A DNA stretch of 64,000 nt from an uncultured Lactobacillales bacterium (GTDB lineage Bacteria > Pseudomonadota > Alphaproteobacteria > CAAHEQ01 > UBA3637), in the NCBI GenBank assembly GCA_964414185.1, contig CAYPVK010000003.1, positions 37,085 to 101,084 on the forward strand. Reading direction: 5' to 3'. The notes beneath the pieces were generated by a model that did not search any database, was not told the DNA's origin, and saw nothing but the letters and a program-made list of their open reading frames with translations. The translations under genes and the position numbers were made by a program. Position 1 is the stretch's first letter; each line of letters starts with the position of its first letter. This document shows, piece by piece, positions 38,022 through 47,727 of this stretch.

Positions 38022-39104
38022 TTAAATACCTGATTTACGGCGATTACAATCTTTGCACAACATTTGGCAATTATCGAGTACGGTTTTCCCGCCGCTATGC
38101 CAAGGTGTAATATGGTCCCCTTCCATTTGATTGATTCCAAATGAACGGTTGCATTTCGGGCAAACGCCCTTTTGGCGTTCATAAGCTTCACGCTTCATAT
38201 TCTGGGTAAAGGCGCGAATATTCAGATGCTTTTCTTCACCGGATAAAACATAAGCATAAATACCGGATTTTTTCGTTACATCATCATCTTGCATAAGGGT
38301 CGTTATCCGTTTTTCCATTTCAACATTATTGACGGGGTTATCTTTAAACTGATTGTATAAATTCCCCCAGTTAATGCCTTTCATTTCTTTGCGATAGTTT
38401 GGAAAAATTGTTTTGACCCAATTAATCACATTTTGAAAATGTAACCATAATTCATTTGCATTCGGATCATGTTGATGCTTTGCCATATAGGATTGAATTT
38501 GCTCTTCACTTACCCAATCGATAGCCGTTTTAAGATATTCTTGCCGAATAGTCGCCCCTTTCACATAATCTTTGGCAATATTGTATGCAGGGCAATTTGT
38601 TTTGCTGAAATGTCGTTTTGCGTCCGTCAACCATTCGCCCGTATACATGGCATTTAATAATTCTTGATCGGTTAATTCTTCACCCGCAATATTAATTGTT
38701 CGGAACCATTCCAATTTTTCTTTATCCGTTCCTTCACAAATATAAATCATCAATTCATACTTTAATATCCGTTCCTTATCGGCGTTAGTTAAATTAAAAA
38801 AATAATTTCCGTTATATGAAAAATTCCCTTTTGCATATTCGCAAATGCTGACGGTTCTTTGTTGCCCGTCCAATAATTCGAATGTTTCGTCTTCATTTTT
38901 ACACCAATACATAACATTCAACGGAAAATCCTTTATGACGGTATCAATAACGGCTTCGCGTTGTTTTTCATTATACACGAATTCCCGTTGATATTTAGAG
39001 CGGATATTTAATCGGCCGTTGTATCCGATAACCCCCTCCTCTTCGGTGTTGGTGTACCCTTCAATTAAATCCTTGATTAAAATTTTGTTTAATTCTATTT
39101 TCAT
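38022..39104 (-). CDS. DUF262 (ParB-like nuclease, DGQQR) plus HNH endonuclease protein
   Basis: LDGQQRTVSI motif near the N-terminus. C-terminal HNH CPKCNRSF...GDHITPWHSGGKTVLDNCQMLCKDCNRRK. Confidence 0.7.
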   Translation of the reverse strand: MKIELNKILIKDLIEGYTNTEEEGVIGYNGRLNIRSKYQREFVYNEKQREAVIDTVIKDFPLNVMYWCKNEDETFELLDGQQRTVSICEYAKGNFSYNGNYFFNLTNADKERILKYELMIYICEGTDKEKLEWFRTINIAGEELTDQELLNAMYTGEWLTDAKRHFSKTNCPAYNIAKDYVKGATIRQEYLKTAIDWVSEEQIQSYMAKHQHDPNANELWLHFQNVINWVKTIFPNYRKEMKGINWGNLYNQFKDNPVNNVEMEKRITTLMQDDDVTKKSGIYAYVLSGEEKHLNIRAFTQNMKREAYERQKGVCPKCNRSFGINQMEGDHITPWHSGGKTVLDNCQMLCKDCNRRKSGI

Positions 39105-39284
39105 TTCTTTTTCCTGATCAGAATACGTCTGTAAGTTTCTTTCCCATTAATTAATCCATTCATTGTCCCGCCTGCTCTGCCTGTTACGCTCAATGGATGA
39201 AAACAATCTATGGGTTCCGTTTCCTGCGAATTGTGATTCTGGCGTAAGTAATTTTCCCATTTATTTTTCCTTCCGCATTTTTTA

Positions 39285-40109
39285 TCATCCCCGGAATCGC
39301 CATTGTACAAGGATACGAAAGTACGGTTGAATTCTCTCTCTGGTGAAAACTAGGTCTTTTCCATCTTCACCTTTGCGAAAACAAACAATTTCAAATTGAT
39401 CGGGATTATACTTATCAAGAAAAGTTATCGGTACACCCATAACGCCGTCATAATCACACGGAATATCGGAAACTTTGCTGACTTCAATGGCGTCATAGTT
39501 ATCATATTTTGGATATGCTTCGGGGGAATAATTACGATATAAAATCATTTCTTCATAGCGTTTTTTGTGTTCCAAGTTGGTGAACCAACAAACATTACCC
39601 ATTAAACGCCATTTTTGCCCCCGCTCATCTATTTGAAAACCTGTCATCTTTTTCTCATAATATTCGGGAACCATAAATTTTTTAACTTTTTGATAGCCCA
39701 ACCATAACTTATTTTCTTTAATCAAGGGAAAAATTTCTTTATATGTAATGGCATTTTGATTGCCAATTACAACGAATTTTTTGCCATATTCCACAAGTTG
39801 GGCAATATATTCGCGGAAAAGGGAAAATGGCGGATTTGTACAAACAATATCGGCTTGTTTCAACAGTTCGATACATTCTATGCTTCTGAAATCGCCGTTG
39901 CCTTTTAAACGTGTTAAGGCATTCTTTTTGTTCGCAAGCAATATTTTGATATCACTTAAATCAAAAGCCCCGTCCGAATTTTTGTCGGTAACTTCCGTAA
40001 TAATAATTTTATGCGCTTGTCGGGTGGTTTTGTTTTCTTTCGGTTCAAAATCGAAAAGGGATAATTCCGTATCGGCAATCGGGGAACCGTCATAACAAGT
40101 GGCAATCAA
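39285..40109 (-). CDS. N6-adenine DNA methyltransferase (NPPF motif), 3' portion in the main frame
   Basis: Motif IV DIVCTNPPF. The ORF as given starts at a TTG. The frame stays open upstream as far as a TGA at 40368-40370. Confidence 0.7.
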   Translation of the reverse strand: MIATCYDGSPIADTELSLFDFEPKENKTTRQAHKIIITEVTDKNSDGAFDLSDIKILLANKKNALTRLKGNGDFRSIECIELLKQADIVCTNPPFSLFREYIAQLVEYGKKFVVIGNQNAITYKEIFPLIKENKLWLGYQKVKKFMVPEYYEKKMTGFQIDERGQKWRLMGNVCWFTNLEHKKRYEEMILYRNYSPEAYPKYDNYDAIEVSKVSDIPCDYDGVMGVPITFLDKYNPDQFEIVCFRKGEDGKDLVFTRERIQPYFRILVQWRFRG

Positions 40110-40371
40110 TTTTTTTAAGCCGAGATGATTAAAATTAAGGACAAAATATTTGAAAAAATTACTTTCAAACGGATCATCGCAATTACAATAAACCGTTTTT
40201 CCTTTAAAATATTGATGATAATGGACAAGTTCTTTTTCTATATCGGCGAGCTGTGTGTAAAATTCATCATTTTTCGCGACTTTAGCCCTATGAAGTTTAC
40301 GGTTGTCGGAATTTTTAGCTATAACAGCATGTGTGTGTGGGGGGGGTGGTAACTGTTTGATTTTGTTTCAT
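40110..40371 (-). pseudogene. N-terminal coding segment of the methyltransferase, separated from its ATG (40369-40371) by a +1 frame offset at the G8 tract
   Basis: In the main frame, 40110-40367 encodes ..NDEFYTQLADIEKEL..FKGKTVYCNCDDPFE.. and is continuous with the MTase. The only ATG is out of frame with C8 on the coding strand and comes into frame with C7 or C10. Confidence 0.6.
40331..40346. repeat. Simple-sequence tract (GT)4 G8 (CA/C on the coding strand) within the 5' end of the methyltransferase gene
   Basis: Directly read: GTGTGTGT GGGGGGGG. It is the only long G/C homopolymer seen in this AT-rich window. Confidence 0.85.
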
Positions 40372-40588
40372 TTTTTTAATCTCGCTTTTTATATTTCAAA
40401 AAACATCTGTGCAAGTTTACAAAAAATTGAATACCTTGTCAATTTTTTTGAGCTCCCTTACCTTTTTTTATAAGAATTTGCCCATTTTTATTTTTTCGGC
40501 ATGGTTGCCTTTACAATAAATACTAAAATTGCAGCCCTAAAAATAAGACTGCAATTTTATTTAATAATCATGTGGTTAGTTGATTAAC

Positions 40589-40903
40589 TTAAATCTTTGA
40601 ATTAATCCATTTTGCCAATTCGGATTTGGGCAATGCGCCCGTTATTTGATCCAAAACTTTCCCGTCTTTGAACAAAATCATCGTCGGGATTGATTGAATG
40701 GCATAATCGCCGGGCGTTTTGGGTGCTTCATCAACATCCATTTTAACGATTTTAACTTTATCGGCCATTTCGGTTGCCAATTCCGTTACAATCGGCAACA
40801 TTTGGCGGCATGGCCCGCACCAAGTGGCAAAAAAATCAACAAGGACGGGTTTGGCAGATTTTAATACTTCGGCTTCAAACGTGTTGTCTGTTACGATATC
40901 CAT
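40589..40903 (-). CDS. trxA: Thioredoxin
   Basis: WCGPC active site. 104 aa. Confidence 0.9.
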   Translation of the reverse strand: MDIVTDNTFEAEVLKSAKPVLVDFFATWCGPCRQMLPIVTELATEMADKVKIVKMDVDEAPKTPGDYAIQSIPTMILFKDGKVLDQITGALPKSELAKWINSKI

Positions 40904-40952
40904 TTCGGGTTCTCCTTTATTGTTAATATCATTAAATTATATAGACCAATCT

Positions 40953-41981
40953 TTACAATGTGTCAAGCGGCCATCTGGGGCGCGCTTTGAAATCGAACGT
41001 ATCCGTTAATCCCGACTTAAAGCGTTCCATGCCCGCCCAAGCAATCATAACGCCGTTGTCCGTGCATAATTTTATCGGCGGTGCCGAAAAAACAAGGTTG
41101 TTTTTATCCGCGATTTCTTGCAATTTTGCCCGTATCGTCTGATTAGCCGCCACACCGCCGGAAACCACGATGTCTTTTGCATCCGGATATAATTCTTTGA
41201 AAGTTTTGATACCATGTGCCAAACGGTCTTCAATTTGTTTGACAACGGCGGCCTGAAAGCTTGCACAAATATCGCTTTTGTCCTGTTCGGATAAACAGGG
41301 TTGTTTTTCTATACAAATGCGAACGGCGGTTTTAAGCCCCGAAAACGAAAAATCGCACCCTTCCCGCCCGCGCATGGGAACAGGGAATTGATAGCGTTTC
41401 GGATTGCCTTGCAATGCCCGTTTTTCCAAATTCGGACCGCCCGGATAGCCGATATTCAACATTTTGGCAACTTTATCAAAAGCTTCTCCCGCCGAATCGT
41501 CAATGGTGGAACCCAATTTTTTGTATTTGCCGACCCCTTCAACAATTAAAATTTGACAATGTCCGCCGGAAGTCAGTAACAACAAATACGGAAATTTAAC
41601 AGGGTTTGTTAAACGCGCCGTTAGAGCATGGCCTTCCAAATGGTTAACGGCAATAAATGGCAAATTATGGCATAAAGCGATTGATTTGGCGGTCATGACC
41701 CCGACCAAAACGCCGCCGATTAATCCGGGGCCGCCGGCAACGGCAACGGCGGATAAATCTTTAAATTCGACATTGGCTTTATTCAAAGCTTCCTTAATCA
41801 AAACATCGCATTTTTCCAAATGCGCCCGTGCGGCAATTTCGGGAACAACACCGCCAAATCTACGATGTTCGTCGTATTGGGACCAAACGACGGAAGATAA
41901 AATATTTTTATTTTCATCCACAATCGCACAAGCCGTTTCATCGCAACTTGATTCAATGCCCATGACTAATTTTGCGTTCAT
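40953..41981 (-). CDS. tsaD: tRNA N6-adenosine threonylcarbamoyltransferase
   Basis: Kae1/Gcp family motifs (GIESSCDET..., HLEGH). Confidence 0.9.
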   Translation of the reverse strand: MNAKLVMGIESSCDETACAIVDENKNILSSVVWSQYDEHRRFGGVVPEIAARAHLEKCDVLIKEALNKANVEFKDLSAVAVAGGPGLIGGVLVGVMTAKSIALCHNLPFIAVNHLEGHALTARLTNPVKFPYLLLLTSGGHCQILIVEGVGKYKKLGSTIDDSAGEAFDKVAKMLNIGYPGGPNLEKRALQGNPKRYQFPVPMRGREGCDFSFSGLKTAVRICIEKQPCLSEQDKSDICASFQAAVVKQIEDRLAHGIKTFKELYPDAKDIVVSGGVAANQTIRAKLQEIADKNNLVFSAPPIKLCTDNGVMIAWAGMERFKSGLTDTFDFKARPRWPLDTL

Positions 41982-41982
41982 G

Positions 41983-42375
41983 TTATTTTTTCCTTTTTTT
42001 AAGTTGTATATTTAAGGCTCCGCCGTCGTTTTTCCATGAATAACTTTTAATAATCTCTTGAAAAACAGGCGTATCAAGCCAAAGTTCTATTTCGCTTTTT
42101 ATGGCACCCGGTGTTAAAAGCCCTTTGCCCGTTATAACGGTAACTTGCCTTGATTTGCGGTTTTGATGTTGATTTAAGAAACGTTTTAAAGCTGTGTAAG
42201 CGTTTTCCAATGTAAACCCGTGTAAATCAAGGATATAAGGCAGTTCAACGGTGGGCGCACGCCTGACACGCAAACGCGGCGGCAAAGAAGCCTTAAAATT
42301 TTCGGCCTGTTTTTCCCCCGAAAGCGGGCGAATCGTTTTTGCAAATTCTTGCCACAAGGCTTCATCCTCGTTCAT
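41983..42375 (-). CDS. Smr-domain protein
   Basis: LDLHGFTLENAY...VITGKG pattern. Confidence 0.55.
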   Translation of the reverse strand: MNEDEALWQEFAKTIRPLSGEKQAENFKASLPPRLRVRRAPTVELPYILDLHGFTLENAYTALKRFLNQHQNRKSRQVTVITGKGLLTPGAIKSEIELWLDTPVFQEIIKSYSWKNDGGALNIQLKKRKK

Positions 42376-42383
42376 GGTAATCC

Positions 42384-43478
42384 TTATTTCGGCAACAATA
42401 AATAATATCTGCCGTTAGAATTCATGCGCCCCGCTTTATGAAAAGCTTCCGCCCCGTGGCCCCAAAAGAAATCGGCTCGAATTGCCCCCGTAATCGCATT
42501 GCCGACATCTTGCGCAACAACCAAATGGTTTAATTTTGCCCCGTCGGGGTCACGCACTTCCAAAAACATCGGCGTGTGCATCGGGATGAATTTTTTATCC
42601 ACCGCAACGGAACGTTTGGGGGTTAAAACAACGCCCGCCGACCCGTAAGGCCCTTCTTTGTTTTCCTTAAAGAAAATATACCGCGGGTTTTGTGCCATAA
42701 GTTTGCGCCCTTTTGCCGGGTTTTGCTGTAACCATTTTTTCATGGCCGGCATTGAATAACCGCCGGCGGGTTTTATCCCGTTTTCTTTCATGATTTGGCC
42801 CAAGCTTTTAAAAGTATGTCCGTTATTGCCGGCATATCCGAGTTGAATTTCTTCGCCGTACGGCGTTGTCATAACGCCCGACCCTTGGATTTGCATCACG
42901 AACAATTCCACCGGATCATCGGCCCATGCTACGATGGGCGCAAAATTGGGCGTAGATTCGATTTTCTTGCGCGAAGCCAATTTTTGCCCTTGGCGATAAC
43001 CTTTCGGGGCACCGTAAACGGGTACCTGCCCCGCATGTGTTTTTGTGCGAGTGCCTGTCAATTCCGCTTCATAATAGCCAGTGATTTTACCTTTATCAGA
43101 CCCTTTTGAAACCACTTTGTACGGTGTTAAAGATTTTTCTATATAAGAGCGCACTTTTGAACCCGAAGAAGTCCTATGCTTTTTTAAACCTGCGCAAAAT
43201 TCTTTATAATCCGCCGTCGGTTTCGCGCATGACCGCAATAGTGCCGGCATCGCTTGGCGGATATTGTCATCATCCCATCCGTCAAGTTTTGAATATGAAA
43301 CTTTTTCAAGATTAAATTCGCGACCCTTGTCCAATTCATGGCCGCAGGAAGTTAACAACAAAAGGAGACAGAGGGTGACGAGAGTTTTACGCATGGGCAA
43401 CCCCGCTTTTGGTGGCTGTAATAATCCAATTGTCGTACCCGTTGCGTTTAAATGTCCAAATGTCTTCGACAATTGCAA
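42384..43478 (-). CDS. mltA: Membrane-bound lytic murein transglycosylase A
   Basis: MltA-specific and 3D domain pattern (FVMQIQGSG...). Confidence 0.7.
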   Translation of the reverse strand: MQLSKTFGHLNATGTTIGLLQPPKAGLPMRKTLVTLCLLLLLTSCGHELDKGREFNLEKVSYSKLDGWDDDNIRQAMPALLRSCAKPTADYKEFCAGLKKHRTSSGSKVRSYIEKSLTPYKVVSKGSDKGKITGYYEAELTGTRTKTHAGQVPVYGAPKGYRQGQKLASRKKIESTPNFAPIVAWADDPVELFVMQIQGSGVMTTPYGEEIQLGYAGNNGHTFKSLGQIMKENGIKPAGGYSMPAMKKWLQQNPAKGRKLMAQNPRYIFFKENKEGPYGSAGVVLTPKRSVAVDKKFIPMHTPMFLEVRDPDGAKLNHLVVAQDVGNAITGAIRADFFWGHGAEAFHKAGRMNSNGRYYLLLPK

Positions 43479-43977
43479 CCGTCATCGGATCGCCTTCAAT
43501 AACTTCCCCTTTTTCATTTTTAAGCAAATTAATTTGTTCGGAAACAAATTCGACGGTAACTTCTTTTAAATCCTGCGCTTTTTTAAGTACTTTGGCCGAA
43601 GACAAACAAATAAGCGAAAAATCCACACTGTTTTTTTGCGCTTCGCGCGTTTCAATGGCTTTGACAAAAGTGTCATAAACTTTCGGTGCCAAAAAATCTT
43701 TTAATTCTTTTTTGCGGCCTTTGGCAAAAGCATTGGAAACCACATGAAATGTCATTTTGGCGCCACGCAAGAAATCTTCTTCGGTCATTGCTTCTTTTTT
43801 CGGCAACGGAATGGAATCGGTCGGAATGACCATCTTAATGATTTTGCCGTCTTGACCTGAAATCAATGCGATTTTTTCCGGATTTGTTTCATTTCTTTGT
43901 TTTTTATTGATAACGTTGTACAACCACCATCCCAAATAAGCGACGATAAGCAGCAATCCGATATTTTCGATAGACAT
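43387..43977 (-). CDS. Tim44-like domain protein
   Basis: N-terminal TM segment plus a Tim44-like C-terminal domain. Conserved neighbour of secB in alphaproteobacteria. Confidence 0.55.
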   Translation of the reverse strand: MSIENIGLLLIVAYLGWWLYNVINKKQRNETNPEKIALISGQDGKIIKMVIPTDSIPLPKKEAMTEEDFLRGAKMTFHVVSNAFAKGRKKELKDFLAPKVYDTFVKAIETREAQKNSVDFSLICLSSAKVLKKAQDLKEVTVEFVSEQINLLKNEKGEVIEGDPMTVAIVEDIWTFKRNGYDNWIITATKSGVAHA

Positions 43978-44075
43978 ATTGTTTTCCTTTTGTTTTCCTT
44001 TTTGCTTTACATTTTTTTATTTTGTTTATATTATATAACTTGATATTTAATTTTTTTTCAAGAGGATTTTTAAAA

Positions 44076-44549
44076 ATGGCTCAAACACAAGATACACAAT
44101 CCCCCAATGTTCCCGCTGTTCAAATTATTTCCCAATATATTAAAGATTTGTCTTTTGAAGCACCCGGCCTGCCCGCCGTGCTTTTAGGTATGACAACGCC
44201 GCCGGCAATTGCGGTGGATATTGATGTGAAAGTCAACAAAACGGATCAAGAAGGTGTCTTTACGGTAGAATTGACGGTTAAGGCTAATGCAACGGTGGGC
44301 GAAGATAAAAAAACGTTGTTTATTTGTGAGCTGGTTTACGGTGGTTTGGTCGCGATGAATGTACCCAAAGAACATCTTGAACCGATGTTACTTGTCGAAA
44401 TCCCACATTTATTATTTCCGTATGCACGGGCCATCGTTTCCGATATAACACGTGACGCGGGTTTGCCGCCGTTACAAATTAATCCGATTGATTTTGCTGC
44501 GTTATATCGCCAAAGACGTGAACATAATGAACAAGAAAACGCAAGTTAA
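44076..44549 (+). CDS. secB: Protein-export chaperone SecB
   Basis: VQIISQYIKDLSFEAP core. SD AGAGGA upstream. The start was moved to the internal ATG. Confidence 0.85.
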   Translation: MAQTQDTQSPNVPAVQIISQYIKDLSFEAPGLPAVLLGMTTPPAIAVDIDVKVNKTDQEGVFTVELTVKANATVGEDKKTLFICELVYGGLVAMNVPKEHLEPMLLVEIPHLLFPYARAIVSDITRDAGLPPLQINPIDFAALYRQRREHNEQENAS

Positions 44550-44637
44550 GTCATATAATTTTATTCAAACACGGGAAAAAGGTTGCACTTTTGTTTGGCT
44601 TTATATTAAAATAGGGTTGTGTTGAGGAGAATATCAT

Positions 44638-45582
44638 ATGGTATTGAAAATAGTCCTGTGGGCATTTCTGATCGGTTCTTTGATTTTGGGCTATTTCGGA
44701 ATGCAGGCAGCCGGCGTTACGACGACTTTAATCGGCATCGGCGTTTTGTTTGTATTGGTCTTTTTGGTTTACTTCTTATTTCAACTCGGATTTGAAGCCT
44801 TTTTAGTTTTTTTAAAGTTTTTCGGCATTGCGATTCTTGTCGGCATTCTTATTTTATTGACAATACGCGGTTGTAATATGGTTATTGCAAAAGGTAAACA
44901 AGCTACCCGAGTCGTTATGCAAAAAACCGATGAAATAACTGAAAAAATGAAAGAAAATGCCGCCTCGGAATCAACTGTGCCGACATCCGACGTTTCCGAA
45001 TCCTGGTTCGCGCGTGTCAAATCATTTGTAATCGGCCGAGAAATGCACGATGTATCGCCATCTTTCCCCGAAATGCAAAAAACGCCGTCAGCTCCCGCCG
45101 TTGCGCCAAAAACTGCAAAACTCAGCGGTTTCGTTTCACATGTTTATTCCGGGAACATTTTTAAGATAGGCAATAATTTTTTAAAGCTGTACGGCGTTGA
45201 TGTGCCCAATATTAAACAAACATGTATTGATAAACGCGGCGAAACTTATAATTGCGGTCAAATAGCGAAACAACGTCTTGAAAAATTGTTACTTAATAAA
45301 AACATTGTATGTCAAACGGTCAGCCATTATGCGCAAAATCAATATGTCGTTACATGTGCTCTTAAAGGATATGATGTCGGTGCCACGATGGTAGCCGTCG
45401 GTTGGGCTGTTGCGGACAGGCACGTAACAGATGCTTATGTGCCGTATGAAAACGAAGCGCATTCAAAAAGATTGGGATTATGGGCGGGCAAATTTGTTGC
45501 ACCGTGGGTGTATCGTCGGCAAGCAGCCGTATCGGTACAAAGCGAACAAAAAAGTGGATTTTTCCAAGGATTGTTTAAATGA
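44638..45582 (+). CDS. Membrane-anchored thermonuclease (SNase)-like protein
   Basis: N-terminal TM helices. C-terminal SNase-like pattern (GNIFKIG...LYGVDVP...RLGLWAG). Confidence 0.55.
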   Translation: MVLKIVLWAFLIGSLILGYFGMQAAGVTTTLIGIGVLFVLVFLVYFLFQLGFEAFLVFLKFFGIAILVGILILLTIRGCNMVIAKGKQATRVVMQKTDEITEKMKENAASESTVPTSDVSESWFARVKSFVIGREMHDVSPSFPEMQKTPSAPAVAPKTAKLSGFVSHVYSGNIFKIGNNFLKLYGVDVPNIKQTCIDKRGETYNCGQIAKQRLEKLLLNKNIVCQTVSHYAQNQYVVTCALKGYDVGATMVAVGWAVADRHVTDAYVPYENEAHSKRLGLWAGKFVAPWVYRRQAAVSVQSEQKSGFFQGLFK

Positions 45583-45992
45583 GCCGATATATTTCAAGGA
45601 ACGAGGAAGATACCCTGAAAATTGCCGCACAATTTGCCAAAACATTGAAGCTCGGCGATATTGTCGCATTGCATGGCACGTTGGGCGTCGGGAAAACGGC
45701 TTTTACGCGTGGCGTTATTCAAACTTTAAGCGATGCCAAAGAAGTGCCCAGCCCTACGTTTACCCTTTTGCAAACTTATGATACGGCACATTTTACACTC
45801 TATCATTTTGATATGTATCGTTTAAAATCACCTGAAGAAGCTTATGAAATCGGCATAGAAGATGCTTTTGCGGACGGCGTTTCATTTATTGAATGGCCCG
45901 AAAAAATCGGTTCATTGCTGCCCAAAAAACATATAGACGTATTGATTGAAATAAAACCCGACCACCGTTTAATCACAATCTTAGGAGTATAA
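45579..45992 (+). CDS. tsaE: tRNA threonylcarbamoyladenosine biosynthesis ATPase TsaE
   Basis: GTLGVGKTAFTRG P-loop. Confidence 0.8.
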   Translation: MSRYISRNEEDTLKIAAQFAKTLKLGDIVALHGTLGVGKTAFTRGVIQTLSDAKEVPSPTFTLLQTYDTAHFTLYHFDMYRLKSPEEAYEIGIEDAFADGVSFIEWPEKIGSLLPKKHIDVLIEIKPDHRLITILGV

Positions 45993-47021
45993 ATGACAAG
46001 AAACGAACAGATAGATGCGTTTTTAAAAAGTGCCGGATGGGAAAACGCCAAGCGGTCCTTTTTAGCGGGGGATGCTTCGCTCAGAAGTTATGATCGCGTT
46101 GAATTAAACGGGAAAACGGTTGTTTTAATGGATGCTCCTCCGCCGTCGGATCCCGAAAATTATTTGCCGGCTCAATTGGTAAATATTCCACGGTGGTTGT
46201 TGGTTGATGACATGTTGAAAAATTTGGGCGTGCATTCGCCCCAAGTATTTGCGCATGACGTTAAAAACGGCTTTGTATTGCTGGAAGATTTAGGTGACAA
46301 CAGCTTTACACGCATGTTGGACGGGGGGTATGATGCTCGTACCTTATATCGAATGGCCACCGAAAGTTTAATCAAAGTCGGGCAAGGTTTTAAAATGATA
46401 CCCGACAAGGAATTTATTTACGACAAGCAACGTATGATAGCCGATATTGACCATTTGCCGAATTGGGTTGTCAAATACGTTTCCAAAATTGATATGACTC
46501 CGAACGAATGGGAAGAATATCATGACATTTGGTCCGAATTAATCGATAAAACGCTATGTGTACCCCGCGGGCCCGCTTTGTATGATTACCATGTCGATAA
46601 TTTGATTTTAACTCCTGCGAATTCTTGCGGGGTATTGGATTTTCAAGATGTGCGCACCACGGCGGCCACTTATGATATCATGAGTTTGTTGGAAGATGAA
46701 CGCCGCTTGGTTGAACCCGCCGTAAAACAAGAAATGTTGGATTTGTATTATGATGCTTTTCCGGAATTAAATACGCCGGGAATCCGTTCTTTAAGCCAAT
46801 TGGTCGCATTGCAACGCCACATTAAAGTCGTCGGTCAATTCATCCGCTATTATTATAAAGACGGCAAAGACAAATATATGAAATACGTACCGCTTGTATG
46901 GCATTTGATTGAAAATTGTTTGGAAAATCCGCATGCAAAACGTTTAAAACAATGGATGGATGTGTATGTTCCCGTTTCTTGCCGCGAACGTTTTAAAACA
47001 AAGGAAAACGAAAATGCTTGA
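45993..47021 (+). CDS. Aminoglycoside-phosphotransferase-fold kinase (AmgK-like anomeric MurNAc/GlcNAc kinase candidate)
   Basis: APH-like fold (HVDNL catalytic loop, DFQD). Followed by a MurU-like nucleotidyltransferase. Confidence 0.6.
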   Translation: MTRNEQIDAFLKSAGWENAKRSFLAGDASLRSYDRVELNGKTVVLMDAPPPSDPENYLPAQLVNIPRWLLVDDMLKNLGVHSPQVFAHDVKNGFVLLEDLGDNSFTRMLDGGYDARTLYRMATESLIKVGQGFKMIPDKEFIYDKQRMIADIDHLPNWVVKYVSKIDMTPNEWEEYHDIWSELIDKTLCVPRGPALYDYHVDNLILTPANSCGVLDFQDVRTTAATYDIMSLLEDERRLVEPAVKQEMLDLYYDAFPELNTPGIRSLSQLVALQRHIKVVGQFIRYYYKDGKDKYMKYVPLVWHLIENCLENPHAKRLKQWMDVYVPVSCRERFKTKENENA

Positions 47022-47727
47022 AATTCGGATTGCGATGATTTTGGCAGCCGGACGGGGTACTCGTATGGGGGCATTGACTGACCGTAAACCAAAACCTTTA
47101 ATGGAAGTTAAAGGCAAAACGTTGTTGGATTATATTTGCTTAAAATTGTCGCATTACGGTATATCGAAAGCCGTTGTCAACACGGCGTATAAAGGGAATA
47201 TGATTAAAGAATCGCTTAAAAATGCCCCTATTCCAATTGTTTTTTCCGATGAAGAACAAGCACTTGAAACCGGTGGCGGCGTTCAAAATGCTTTGCCGCT
47301 TTTATTGCCCGAAGGTCAGGAAGGTTTGTTCATCATCAATGCGGATGCTTTGTGGGACGAACCGACACAACCCGTTTTGGAACGTTTGGCACAAGCATGG
47401 AATCCGGACGAAATGGATTTTTTATTGGCGTTTGTACCTAAATCCCAAGCTGTCGGTGATAACGGCAGGGGCAATTATTTTGTTGAAAACGGAAAACCTC
47501 GCCGTATCGGGGCTCAAGAAGCGGATGCACCCTATTTTTACATGGGTGTTCATATTTTGCATCCGCGCGTTTTTGAAAATGCTCCCGGCGGTGTTTTCAG
47601 TTTAAGGGATTTATTTGACAAAGCGCAACAAAACGGCCGTTTAAGATACGTCATACATGACGGTAGCTGGTATCACGTCGGTACCCCGGAAGCTTTGCAA
47701 GAAGCCAATGACAGGTTTATGCCATGA
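47014..47727 (+). CDS. Nucleotidyltransferase (MurU-like sugar-1-phosphate NTase)
   Basis: ILAAGRGTRMG motif. SD AAGGA upstream of the internal ATG. Confidence 0.65.
   Translation: MLEIRIAMILAAGRGTRMGALTDRKPKPLMEVKGKTLLDYICLKLSHYGISKAVVNTAYKGNMIKESLKNAPIPIVFSDEEQALETGGGVQNALPLLLPEGQEGLFIINADALWDEPTQPVLERLAQAWNPDEMDFLLAFVPKSQAVGDNGRGNYFVENGKPRRIGAQEADAPYFYMGVHILHPRVFENAPGGVFSLRDLFDKAQQNGRLRYVIHDGSWYHVGTPEALQEANDRFMP

Noticed and set aside
39285-40109. Taking the TTG at 40109 as the true start of the methyltransferase.
   Set aside because: The frame remains open for 87 more MTase-like codons upstream and the only ATG is offset by one base across a G8 tract. A frameshifted phase-OFF gene is the more parsimonious reading.
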